NCBI GenBank assembly: GCA_011109175.1 | Contig: RDEW01000026.1 | Location: 637,695 to 701,694, forward strand | Length of the DNA: 64,000 bases | Direction: 5' to 3' | From: Dicyema japonicum | Taxonomy: Eukaryota > Animalia > Dicyemida | In this document: positions 25,260 through 37,299 of the stretch, piece by piece | Layout of the letters: the number at the start of each line of letters is the position of its first letter | Position numbering within the stretch: position 1 is the stretch's first letter | The notes under the pieces: model-generated | Databases searched by the model: none | Told to the model about the DNA's origin: nothing | The model's input: the letters and a program-made list of their open reading frames with translations, nothing else | Translations under genes and position numbers: made by a program

Positions 25260-26699
25260 TATATTTTATTATCAATAAATGTATATTAAAGAAAATTATT
25301 AGGTTAAAAAGTGCGCCAATTTTAAAATATTGGTGTTATATTGTCGTGTTGTGTTGATTTTTGCTATTGAGATATTCCTCCTATTCTTGACTTTCACCTA
25401 TTGTGATTCAGTGGAATGTTACTCGAAAAGTCATCGTCCAATTGCTCTGCCTGCAACATGAGCAATTTGAGAAAGTTAGGGATTTCTTGTTCTGCCTGGG
25501 GAGACTTCTTTCACCTCAGATGTTTGAAGCTCTCTCAGGCCTCCATCCACGCCCTAGGGATATGGCACTGCCGCTCGTGCCTTGGAATTGGCTGGGGGTT
25601 TCTTAATGGTCACGGAGTGCATACACCTCCGGAGAAGACCTTTCCCAATTGGATCCAGATTCGCTACTTAAACTTATCAATGAACGCCGTTCATCAAGGA
25701 GTATCTCGGTGAAGATCCCAAAAGCAGCACGCCCCCTAGCTGCCGAAGCCTTAACCAAAGCAATCGACGATGCTCTCCACTACGACTCTATAAACGACTG
25801 GGTACGTTTGTTTAATTTTGCTCCTTTCGCACTTGGCTCCCCCCGAGATCGCAATGGGAAACAGTCTCTCTCGATTGAAATGAAGAATAACATCCGCGCA
25901 TTTATGGATGGAACTCACTTTACGGACCTCACGTCCTTTTACATCCGTTCAACTGAGACTCGGAGTTCAACTCGGGAAACGGAGATTTTTCGCCTTAGAA
26001 AAACTGTACAATCGAAGTTGCTTGAAGGAAAAACCCGATTCGCATTGAAAGCCCTTTCACTCTCAGGTGGACCACGCAACCCAACCGCTAATACTTACAA
26101 AATTCTATTGGAAAAGCATCCACCCACTCCGAGTGACCTACGCCACTGTTCATTCTCATCAAAAGTGACCTCTTTGTCCACGTCGCCTGAAAATGTCATC
26201 ACGGCGTTAGGGAATAGACCACCAAGCAGCAGTGAAAGTCTCAATGGCTTAAGGCCCGGCCATCTTAAAGACTTTATTTCACCAACTATTGGAGACCAAG
26301 CATGTCGTCTCTCCTTCTCACTCATTTCTCTTATGAACAGGATATCATCTGGACATTTGCCTGATTTGATACGACACATCTTATTTTCGGCTAGTCTGAT
26401 TGCAGTCGACAAGAAGGGAGGTGGTATCCGTCCGATCGCCGTCGGTTTCACCCTTAGGAGACTAGCAGCCGAAATTGCTTTCAGATTTTCTACGTCAATC
26501 TTGTCAAAATCTTTACTCCCCAGTCAAGTTGGAGTCGAAGTTTGTCTTTCCGATTTCCGAATAATGTCGCTATTGCAGATGTTAACATTCCAGATTTCCG
26601 AATAATGTCGCTATTGCAGATGTTATTACGAAATTTGAAAGTATGCGCTTCACAATTGAATAAGCATATGATGGTTGGAATTTGGAAATAACAAAATCT

Positions 26700-27050
26700 T
26701 TGAGTTCAAATTTAGCTCATGAATAATACGATGAAAGAGACAAATGATGACCCGGGATTTTACTTTTCTATATTAGCACGCAGTAACACCAGGATGTCTT
26801 CCAACCATATTCGGAGCACCATTGCTGCACAAACATACAAGTTTCTTCAAATCAAACCTATAGTCAAAGAGAATTTGTAGTAGTTTTACAAAGATATCTA
26901 CTTGTAGTAGTATCGTGGATTGGTACATTAAAAAATGAATCGCTAAATGTGCAACAAAGATCGCTAATTGTGCAATTTCAACATCCAACATAGTCGACTG
27001 TTTCATTGATCTCAATTTAAGAATATACAAATTTTAACAATCCAGACATT
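26700..27050 (-). pseudogene. hAT (Charlie/GTF2IRD2-like) transposase fragment
   Basis: ORF 26773..27030: QSTMLDVEIAQLAIFV...DLKKLVCLCSNGAPNMVGRH. Confidence 0.75.
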
Positions 27051-27696
27051 AATTGATGTTTAAATTCAAAATTTGAAATTTTTTTAATAAATTTATTTTT
27101 TTGGAAGACGATTCTTTGAGGATTGGAATTGGACAAAGACTGGGACTAGACGTTTGCCAGGAGCACCGATGCCGATGCGGGAAAATAGTCGATGCGAATG
27201 GATTGCACCCGCTGTCCTGCAGAAGAAGCGCCGGAGAGGGACCACGTCATGCTGCTCTAAACGATGTGATAGTCAGAACCCTGAAGGCTACAGGCTTCAA
27301 GCACAAATTGAACCAGTGGGTCTTGATCGAGCAGATGTAAAGAGACCTGACGGGATGACCCTTTTCCCCTTCACATCTGGAAGATCTTTGGTCTAGGACA
27401 CAACATGTTACTCAGATAGTAGACACGTTCTAAATCACGAATATTTTCAAATCGGTTAAGACACCAGGAGCAGCTGCATCGACTGCGGAGAACCTAAAAA
27501 TCAAGAAATATTCTTGCCTCAGGGATCGCTACCGATTTACTCCTGTTGCGACCGAATCATCGGAGCCGTTGTCCAATGACGGCTGAGTTCTTGCGAGAAC
27601 TCGGAGAATGCTTGCCAGGAAGAAAAGGGATAAACGATAAGAGTTATGGCTAAGACAAAAGATTGGAAAGGCCATACTCCGAGGGAACTCGTTCGC

Positions 27697-27722
27697 AATC
27701 CACGCAGCAGGCTTCCTCAACT
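27697..27722. repeat. Target-site duplication, left copy (right copy 30746-30771)
   Basis: 26/26 identical; removing the insertion restores the CRE end ...GFLN TGA CATTTGT as seen in the uninterrupted copy at 19290-19485. Confidence 0.95.
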
Positions 27723-27765
27723 TATTATTTATTTTTATTTAAAGCACTCCCGAGAAGTCATAAAA

Positions 27766-29035
27766 TTAATCAAGCCTCCCTTGTGCCGTATTTCTAGCCA
27801 TCCTCTCTATCAGCCTTTTCCAGGACCCTCTACTTCGTGCCAGTTCCCTTAAGGTATCTAGGTCGTCTGCGGAAGTGAGCTTCAGTCCCACAGCCGACAG
27901 GTCTCCATTCAAAATAGTTGGGAGTGTGACTCTTGGTCTTCCACGGAAACCGGCTCCCGTATGCATTAGGTAGTTTTCCATGGCGATATTCGCGGGTACT
28001 TGAGCATTTAGACGTAAGATATGTCCAAAGAGACTCCATCTTGATCTGAAGATCTCCTCGGATAGTATACCAGATTTGCACTTCGAGTAGAGGTCATTGT
28101 TTGAGATCTTCTTAGGCCACTTGATCTTGATTACTGATTTCAATTGTGTCCTGTGGAAAGCGTCAAGACGGTCCATCTCTTGTTTAGAGATTCCCCAAGT
28201 GCCTGAATTGTAGGTCAGGACGGGGATGACAAAAGCCTTATATATTCTGAGTTTGGTGTTTAATCCCATCCTCTTCTTATGACCCCACATATTCGATACT
28301 TTCTTTAGTGCACACATTGCGAGGATTTTCCTCCGAGAAACATCTTCTGAGTCCCCGAGAAGCGAACCCACCTTCTTTTGCTTTCTCCAAGACTCGTCCG
28401 ATCTTCGATCATTGCGTGTAAGTGTTGTGAACTCTGTTTTATCGGTGTTAACGGTTAAGAACCATTTCGAGAATACGTGTGGAAGAACGTTAAGCATGTG
28501 TTGAAGTACTTGAATATCCTCAGAAACAAAGTCCAGGTCGTCCGCGTAGATTATCTCGTTATAATTGTTGCCAACCAGGGGTCTGAACTCTCTTAGTGCG
28601 GCCTCAAGGTAGACAATAAAGAGGACCGGGGATAGTGAGTCCCCCTGTGGAACTCCACGTGAGGTCGAAAAAAAGTTAGAGGTAGAGTCACCAATTTTGA
28701 CGGCAAGTTGAGTGTTCCGCATGAGTAAGTGTATTATTTTGACATCGTCAGGCAGTAGAAAACTCTCCAACACTTCCATAAGTTTTCCACGGTCCACCGA
28801 GTCGAACGCACGGGACATGTCGATACCAAGTATCTCAATAGATTTTTTGTATTTTTGGCACAGGGCACAATACCACCTGTGCCCCCATACCACGTCAGCC
28901 GTGGACCTGCCCGTCCGGAATCCACTTTGGCCGTCCGAAAGAAATATGTTCACCCTCTCCTTTATTCGGTTTAAAGCAATGAGGGATAATGTTTTTCGTA
29001 TGGAGGTTAGGAGTATAATAGGTCTGAAGTTGTGA
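27766..29035 (-). CDS. RTE ORF, RT half
   Basis: Open frame NFRPIILLTSIRK...YADDLDF...RGRPRVTLP...GRLD*. Confidence 0.85.
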
Positions 29036-30707
29036 GGGGGCCTTTACTTTTTCCCGGTTTTTGTAGTGGAATTAGCCACCCTTTTCCCAGTTCCAGTTCA
29101 TCTGCACCCTCGAGAGACCGGTTGAAAATGTTAGTAATCATTTCAATTAGCTCCTCCGGGCCGTATTGTAAAAGTTCTGCAGTAATGAAGTCTGGTCCGG
29201 CAGATCTTCCGGTATTTAATTTTTTAATAGCTTGTTGAGTTTCGGATATGGTAATAGGGCTAGTTAGAGTGTACTTGTAAGACTTCCGAGATTTCATTGC
29301 TTGGTCAGCCGCGTCCTGTTTGTTGAACATAAGGTCAAAATGGGATGCCAGAACGTTTGCTTTGTTAATGGTCCCGATAACGTCGTGACCAAGGTTGTCA
29401 TGGACAGTTAACGAAATTGGACAGTTTTCTCTGCTAAGAAGCCGGATTGCTTTGAACATTCTTGGTCCGTTCTTGTACTTTAATATGTCTGAGATTTTCT
29501 CCTCAGCTTCATTTTTGGCAAGGAATCTTTGTATTTGTTTGATCTTCGTTAAGACTCTCCCTCTCTGGGTGCGCAGTACTTTGATATCTTCCGGAGCGTT
29601 TGTGTTTTCCATCCGGAGTCTGAGCTCTTTCTGTGTTACAGAGAGTTGTCCGATATCCGGATTACATTGTTTGTGACGAGATTTGGTGATGTGACCAAGC
29701 ACACTAAAGGCTGTGTTTTGGATAGCAACCACTATTTCATCCCATAAGCTGTTTGTCGGCTGATTTTGGTTAATACTGTTGATGCTATCTCTCAGAACTG
29801 CACTATAACGACATTTGGTGGATTCTTCGTAGCGTAACCTCTCAGTGTCGAAACGTACTGAGGTAAGGCCTTTGTGTTTCCCGTGTATTCCATGGATTCT
29901 TTTAAGTACTAGCCGGGCGACCACAAGTTTATGATCGCTACTTGTTTCAAGTCCACCGTAAGATCTCGAGTCCTGTAGGAGGGCCTTCTGATGTTGCTTG
30001 CAGATAATATAGTCGATCTGATTGTATATATTGACTGTGTTTCCAGATTTGCCTTTTCTGGTACCAACCCACGTGGTCCTGTGTCTTGCCGGGTGCTTGA
30101 AACAAGTGTTGCATATGAGTAGGTTGAATGCCGTGCAAAATTGTATTAATGCCTCTCCGGGGATGTTACGGCGGTTTCTACCGTGGGATCCAATACACGT
30201 TTCACCAGGTCTTGCTTTTCCGGCCCTGGCGTTCCAGTCCCCGGCGATAAAAAGAAAGTAAGAGGATGAAAGTGAGTTGTACACACTTGTGAGAGTAGAG
30301 TAAAACGTATCCAGTTCTTCGATATTCGTTGATACACGTGCTCCGGTTGGGGCATATACATTTATGATGGAGATCACTGAGTTGAGTTTGTTTCCGCATT
30401 TGATTTGTAACACCGCGACACGGTCAGATACTGCCCATACTCTTGAGACACAGTGAAACAAGTGCCGATGAACAGCAAATCCGAGCCCATAGTGCCTGCA
30501 GTCTGGTGTGAGGGTCAAAAGGTAAAAATTCTGAAACAGTTCTGCTGATTGTTCGGTTATTTTCGTCTCTTGCAAACAACAGACAGAGATGTTGTATTTA
30601 CTCAGATCACGCGCCAATTGTTGTTTCTTGTAGCACTGATTGAGGCCTCGGCAGTTGAGGGATCCAAGTGTGAGGGGAGAAACTGGTAAGCAATACGAAG
30701 AAGACAT
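29007..30707 (-). CDS. RTE ORF, APE half (566 aa as assembled)
   Basis: Open frame with all APE motifs; adding one C at the 29036-29040 run fuses it to the RT frame (GPPHNFRPIILL), giving 980 aa. Confidence 0.85.
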   Translation of the reverse strand: MSSSYCLPVSPLTLGSLNCRGLNQCYKKQQLARDLSKYNISVCCLQETKITEQSAELFQNFYLLTLTPDCRHYGLGFAVHRHLFHCVSRVWAVSDRVAVLQIKCGNKLNSVISIINVYAPTGARVSTNIEELDTFYSTLTSVYNSLSSSYFLFIAGDWNARAGKARPGETCIGSHGRNRRNIPGEALIQFCTAFNLLICNTCFKHPARHRTTWVGTRKGKSGNTVNIYNQIDYIICKQHQKALLQDSRSYGGLETSSDHKLVVARLVLKRIHGIHGKHKGLTSVRFDTERLRYEESTKCRYSAVLRDSINSINQNQPTNSLWDEIVVAIQNTAFSVLGHITKSRHKQCNPDIGQLSVTQKELRLRMENTNAPEDIKVLRTQRGRVLTKIKQIQRFLAKNEAEEKISDILKYKNGPRMFKAIRLLSRENCPISLTVHDNLGHDVIGTINKANVLASHFDLMFNKQDAADQAMKSRKSYKYTLTSPITISETQQAIKKLNTGRSAGPDFITAELLQYGPEELIEMITNIFNRSLEGADELELGKGWLIPLQKPGKSKGPLTTSDLLYS

Positions 30708-30844
30708 AGTGCAAGTAGAGGGACGTCACCACCTCAACCAAAAAAAATCCACGCAGCAGGCTTCCTCAACTGACATTTGTTTAATTGTTAAAAAAATTAT
30801 TTTGTTTAAAAAAATTATTTATAATATTTATTATTTATTGCTGA

Positions 30845-33830
30845 AACAACTCCGAGAGCGCCTTGTCCAATTAAACCCTCTGCCCATATGGCATCTCAGG
30901 GCTCTGCCTCCTATACTCCAGTGTCAGGCTCTCTAGGGTCCGCTTTAACACAGTGGACTGTAGATAGGCCTGAGGTTCTCATTTACCCCCAACTGCTTCA
31001 GATAACCCTTGTGGTACTTTGTTGCAATAACTTCCCACGTCATTACTATTGGAATAACGAGGACCTGCAACCAAGCATCTGCCCCATCACGTTTGCAAGA
31101 AAGTCATACTTTCTTTATTTCTCAACCTCCACATTCTGCAAACGGTCTTGAGACGTGATGCCAACCTCTATGATAAGGACTCGGCCAGACTTTTTATCGT
31201 GTACCACAATGTCCGGTTTATTGTGCTTGACTAGCACCAAGGTACGGATAACACTGTCTACCTTAATTTGGTTGTCCAATGTCTGAAGAGGACCTTATGA
31301 AGGCTTTTTAAGTTGATCTTTTCCGTCAAATTATTATATTGTAATTCGATCAACGCCTTCACATTTACTAGGCCCACCATCATCAACACCATACTTAGCA
31401 GACAAAAAGGTCTGATAGTGCCTAGTGTGGGTTTGCCCGTGTTTTTCGGTCGTTATTATGGCGTGCTTTCCTAGCAGACACATACTTGACCCAGCTATCA
31501 GGGTGTCGTCATTCGCATTAGGATACGCTCACTTAGTTGGACTACTCCACACAGTCCACGGCCGAATTTATCACGGGGTAAATATAGTCTCTCCTTATTG
31601 GCTGCCAACACATGGACATGGTTCTCTCTGAGTACTCCACGGATCATAACATCCATCTCATCATACTCTTTGGGCTCAAACTCCACAACACCTATGTAGT
31701 AGTTTAGCAGCGAGACAGCATACTCATTTAATGCTAGGAACAAATTCCTTGCATTTAGAGACGTCTTACACAATAACGCTGCTCTTTTACGGATGCCTTC
31801 AGTAATTTGTCGCTTTGTCTCAGGCATTATAAGGGACTTTGGAGATTCGGTAACACCCAGATACTTATATCCTTCGTGTTCCTCTAGGACTCTTACTAAC
31901 TCGCTACATACTTGCGTGTTAGTCGCAGACTTTGAATAATTCAAATCTAGCCCTATACTCTCAAAGAATTCCCTGGCACAGACCCCCATGGAGTAGAGCT
32001 CCTCGGCTGTTCGAGCATACATCTTCAAGTCATCGATAAAAAGAAGGTGATTTGTACTGAAACAGACCCCTTCACAATGAACTGGTATTTGCTCAAACCG
32101 GTCATTGAGGCGGCGACTCAATGGCTCCAAACAGAGAACAAAGAGTAGCGGAGACATGCTATCCCCCTGAAGGATCCCCTCTTGAGTTTTACCTCGCCTA
32201 TCCGGTGCCTATTATAGTTCAGATGAATACTCCACCTATTCATCACAGCCACTACAAAGCTGATGAACCACACAGGCATACACAGACTGTGTAGGCACTC
32301 GACAAGGTAAGAATGATCAACTGAATCGTAAGCCTTCTTCACATCCACCCACATAGACAAAAGTGAGTTTCCGTGAGACACAGAAAGGCATTTGTTGATC
32401 AAAGCCTGCTCTTTTGCCCCCTGACAATTTCGCACAGTTCCCAACTGATTCTCGGAGAGAATCCCATTTGCGTCTACAAAGCTCCTGACCTCATTAGCCA
32501 CCAATTTGGTCATCAGCTTATACAGGGTTGGCATGCAGGTTATCGGTCGATAATCTGCAGCAGACTGGGGGTTGTCCAGCTTTGGGATCAAATAAGTTGT
32601 CCCTGTGCATGCCCAATCAGGAATCGTTTCCGGGTTAGTGATGCTTTTCTGTAATACACGACACATAGACTCGTGTAATGAAGTGCATCTTTTGATAAAG
32701 AAATTATAAACTTTATCGACCCCGGTCGTCTTCCAATCAGGGAGATGTCTCACTACCGCCTCAAATTTCTTGCGAAAATCGAAAATTCCGCAAGATTCCG
32801 CCAAGAAAGGAGCGGCGCTGTACGGGACATTCCACGCATTTCCTCTGCGTGGTTTAGCCTCCCACATACTACCCCATGTGGAAAGCATTTCCGCGTCCTG
32901 CTGGGAACATACACTATGGCCATTTTCGTGTAGGCGACGGTAAAACAATCTTCGATTAAACTCAAACAGATTATTTTCTCTCCTTCTCTTACACTATCAT
33001 GTGTATAGAGTTTCCTCTTATACACCATTATTGCCCCCTCTAACTCCACCTTTGCCCTCCTCAACTCTTTGAGGTCCCATTTGGGAACACGGAGTTTACT
33101 AATTAGCCCCTTTTTCTAACCCCTCTCGCCACACTACTTATGTGCCCCTCCAGTGCTTCCAGCTCAGTCTGTCTCTAAGCAATCTTGGCACAGATCTGCC
33201 CCCTCCATTTACTGGGTGGTCTGGGCTTGTCCGTCAATTCCTCATAGGTGATCTGTGCTGCATACAGCACTAGGGAGATGTCACCCAGTGACCCTACTGG
33301 CTTAGCCTCCGCCGCATAAGCCATTATTGATACAGGTTAACACTACTCCGTTAACCTTACAATGAGGGATCTTGCGGGTAAATCTACGGTCCACAAGTGG
33401 GACATCTGCCGCTGCATCGAGATTCCGCGCGAAGACCTCATAAACATGCTTGAGCTGCAACGTATCACAGCTCTGGCGCTCGTACTCTCTTTGACAGTTG
33501 TGGTCACCTGGACCCCGCCCCTTTAAACCAGTACCTTCTTTGCCTACAGCCATTTTCTTGAGTTCACTCACATATATAGCAGTACTGAATCTGCCGCTGC
33601 AGAGCTCCGCCAAGTATAGCCAACCATTCCTGGGCATTTGAGATAGCCTGCTACGTACCTGCAGGATTACCTGCCTCGCCCATTCTTTTGGGTATCTGCC
33701 ACAACACTCTCGGATATGGCATGAATTACATTCATACCATCAGGTAACGAAAGTGACCCTTCTCCTTTTTTCCTTTCAACATTTTTGCCAACTCGAGAGA
33801 GTTTCAACGCCACCGAATCGAAAGCACGTT
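30845..33830 (-). mobile_element. R4/Dong-like LINE family A copy 2, near full length, with about 300 bp deleted in the zinc-knuckle region
   Basis: ORFs 33302..33637, 32118..32948 and 31498..32157 (NHLLFIDDLK). Relative to copy 1 it jumps from ccttaatttgg to gttgtc at about 31270. Confidence 0.9.
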
Positions 33831-33889
33831 GCATGTTTAACCATATTTATTATTAATATATTTAGATCATTTAACTAACACGTTGCTGG

Positions 33890-36800
33890 TTAATGGTTGT
33901 TGTTGATAAGAACCATCTAAATTCATCAGATTATGCGGACTTCTGTGCCGAATTGAGTAAAGAAAATTCAAATCGAACGGCCGCCGAGTTTGTCCGACAT
34001 GTTTCCGACGCGGATGCTTCTAGGATTCGTTCTCAGCAAGACAACACGAAATTTCTGGTTTTACGAGCAATAACGATTTCCTCAACAGCTGATTGTCCAG
34101 AACAATGGGCTACCTCAGTAATTGAAAGCACGCGCTCTAGACTCGATTGTGTCACCAGAGGTGGGTGGGCTATTCTCTTGGAAGGGTTCAAGTCTAAGTT
34201 TGGAGAGGAAATAACAATGCCTGGGTTCAAAAGACTGATATACGCCCAAAAACGTCAACAATTACCAAGAAATGGACATGATACGAAGGGGACCTCAGAT
34301 TCTAAGCCTGATATGTCTTCGACATTTATTGAGGCCAAGTTGTATGCTCGTTGTGAACGTACTTTTATTGAGGAGTTACGGACGAATCAGTCAATTGACC
34401 ATTCTTCAAGACCCGTACGAAGAAAATTCCTTATGTAAAAGTGGATATTCTCGAATGCCTGAACAGTGTCATTAATGCTTGGATCAAAGTCAATCTCCCA
34501 ACGTCAATTGATCAAATATCTTCTATTATTTATGCTGGGCAAACTGCCTACCAAACTCTTACTACAAAGAAATTTGAGCCCTCAAAATGGAGGGAGGATA
34601 TGACTAAGAAAATTGAACAACGGAGATCATATTCTGTTTTTATTGAAAAGTTTTTTTACGAAGACTCTTTCTACTGACGAGAAGTCTATGGCGTGCCATG
34701 TATTGTCGCTAGTTGGTTACAGGAAAAAACAATCCGGAGAAAGGGCCAGAATTGTGTCTTTTATGCAATATAAGACTAAAGTGATGGAGAAAAAAATATC
34801 GACATTTGAATCGAAGCGGAAATTTCGTATGGACGAACAAATGTTCGAATTTAATAAAAGATCTTTCTACAGGAACTTGAATGGAGGACAAAATAATATC
34901 AATATCTCAATTGATAATAAAAAATGCGCAGATTTTTGGGAAGAATTATAAAAAAGGAAGAGTCTAAATTTTGAAAGTTTTAATATCGGAAAAATAATGA
35001 CTAGTGTTGAAAATGTGTCTGTTGAATTCTCGAAGAATGTGTTTGAACAAACGATTCAGTATTTGCAAAATTGGAAGGCCCCAGGTTGTGATGGGATTCA
35101 AAATGCGAAGCGCCACAGTCGCCAAAGGACTTACGCCCTATTACGTATATGTCGTCAATCTATAAACTTATGACAAAGTGCATCAATGCCAAGCTAGCGG
35201 ATTATGTGGAAGTGTTTGGCCTTCTTTCTAAAAACCAGAACAAGGAAAAGATGTTAGGGTGCTAAAGAACAAGCACTAGTCAATAAATCACTTAATAAAG
35301 TAAATGGAGGTGGATTATATGCTGCATGGATTGACGTCAAAAAACATTTGACTCGGTTGACCACAACTTTTTAATGAAAGTCCTTGAAAAATCAGGAATC
35401 CCGAATGGATTATTAAAGTTGTGAGAATACTGATTATGCATTGGAGAGTGAAACTAATGTTGAATAATGAAAATATTCAGATTGAAATGGGAATTTTGCA
35501 GAGGGATAGTCTATTCATGTTATTTGTCTTAATGACCCACTTAGTCGTTTATTGACATATAAGTATCCAAAAGTCTCCGTTTTACATGATGATCAGTCTG
35601 TCTCTTCATTCTCAGCTAATCATCTTCTATTTATTGACGATTTAAAACTTATTTCGACTAGTGAAGATGTTATTGTCAAGATGATGGAAGATGTTGATTT
35701 GTACATTAGTGCTGTGAGGCTGGAAAGGAATCTAGAAAAGTTCGCTACAAATGTCTTGTTGCTATCAGATGAAGCCAAGTTGTAGGAGGCAATAAATGGA
35801 TATAAATACCTCGGTGTATTGGAAGGTCTTTCCGGACAAATTTAAAAGCCAGAAATGTTAATAATTTCTTTGCAAGTAAACCAGAGAATTGAGAAACTGG
35901 TGAATATTAAACTAAATGCAGTGAATTTGTTTAAGGCATTAACGAGCATGCTCTGTTTTTATATAACTATTTTATTGGACTCCTTAATGTGGAACCCTGT
36001 GAATACAATTTGATTGACTCAACTATCCGCACCATATTGATTAAACATCGAGTCCATCTCAAACCTGCATGCAAGCAGAGGCTTTATTTAATGAGGAATT
36101 ATCTTGGGCGAGGGCTACGCTCAATCTCTCTTCTAAGTGAGAAGATATATATGGATTTTTTCATGATTTGAACTCAGAAGTACTGTTTGCAGTAGAAGTG
36201 CCGCATTTCTTAAAACCGAAATTTCAGAGAAAAGACATTTGGCATTGATCTTTATTCAAGATAGGAATCTGTTCTTTGGCGAACAAAATACAATGTGCAA
36301 AAATGGAAGAAGACCGTGGATCATTGTGCCACAAGGTGTGAAAAGATGTTGCATGGGGATTATGTAAGAAGACATAACAAAGTCGTGAGGTGTCTACATT
36401 TCCACTTTTGCAGAGAGTTTGGTCTCAAAAACGAGAAGAAACTGAAGACTCATTCAGTGCAATCCATTGTAATGAATGACTCAGTTGAAATCAGAGTTGA
36501 CACCTTTATCAAAACGGACATAATTATTGAGCATAACAAGCCAGACCTGTTCGTTTTTGATAAAAGGAGAAACAAAATTATCTTGGTCGAAGTGGGAATA
36601 ACATCTTCCCAAAATCTACAGCAGGTGGAATGCGAAAAGCTGAGGAAGTATGACCTTCTTTCCATAGAGCTGGAGTTGATACACCACGCAGAGGTCAAGA
36701 TTGTCCCGATTGTACTCACTTGGGATGGCCTAGTGACTTCACATTCGTGGAAGTATGCCAGATCTTTGAATATAAGTGAAAGAACATATGTTTAATCGCT

Positions 36801-36900
36801 GGTAATCAAGAAGACTTTGGAGAGTATGATTGTATCATATAGGAACCAAGTCGACGTTTCGTGGCGTTATGATAAACTTAATGTATATTTACTCCCGGTC
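33890..36900 (+). mobile_element. R4/Dong-like LINE family C, near full length, degenerate
   Basis: N-terminal GGWAILLEGF (cf. GGWSLIVEQF in family D), NHLLFIDDLK, TVDHCATRC, YVRRHN, NKPDL, ILVEVG, KLRKY. Confidence 0.85.
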
Positions 36901-37299
36901 TGATTATGAAGGAATTCAAAAGAAGAGTGTGAGCGAAGTGATTACAATATATATAGAGGAAAAGGAAAATGACTTTGACAATTGGGTTTACTTCCATAGT
37001 TTCTCGAAGAGGAAACGAATTGAATAGAGAACATTTAATTAGAATCAACCTTTTAAGATAAAGGGAATGATTGATGTGACCGGTTTTAAATGGGGTTAGG
37101 TTGAAAATGAGGCGCAAAATCGATTTAACCGTAAAAGCCGTTTAACGTATGACCGAAAGTTAACGCTAACCGGTTTAGACAGGTAAATCTAAGCCTTTAA
37201 GTATCGAAACCTGACAAAACATTATTAATATCATTTAGACAGCAATACAAACGGGGCTTTTAACTTTAACAACTTTATTGGCAAAGAAAATTAAAGAAG

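Larger units (their letters stand above)
25400..27722 (+). mobile_element. CRE-clade element with N-terminal PHD finger; RT core replaced by a hAT fragment; 3' end continues at 30772-30840
   Basis: C-x2-C...C-x2-W...H-x2-C...W-x-C-x2-C; IPKAARPLAAEAL; GGIRPIAVGFTLRRL; CRCGKIVDANGLHPLSC; RPDG; RGNSFAIHAAGFLN. Confidence 0.85.
27723..30745 (-). mobile_element. Full-length 3023-bp RTE-clade LINE (single APE-RT ORF, one frameshift), TAA-rich tail, 26-bp TSD
   Basis: APE: GSLNCRGL, LQETK, GDWNAR, QIDYI, SDHKLV. RT: QSGFR, DMSRAFDSV, GVPQGDSLSP, YADD. C-terminus RGRPR. TSD aatccacgcagcaggcttcctcaact at 27697-27722 and 30746-30771. Confidence 0.95.

Noticed and set aside
17682-26625. CRISPR-like repeat-spacer arrays (55-bp and 33-bp repeats)
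   Set aside because: Only two units each with 7-8 bp between them, eukaryotic TE context and no cas genes.
29030-29045. Programmed ribosomal frameshift between APE and RT
   Set aside because: No canonical X XXY YYZ slippery heptamer; RTE elements normally have one continuous ORF, so a 1-nt homopolymer deletion is simpler.
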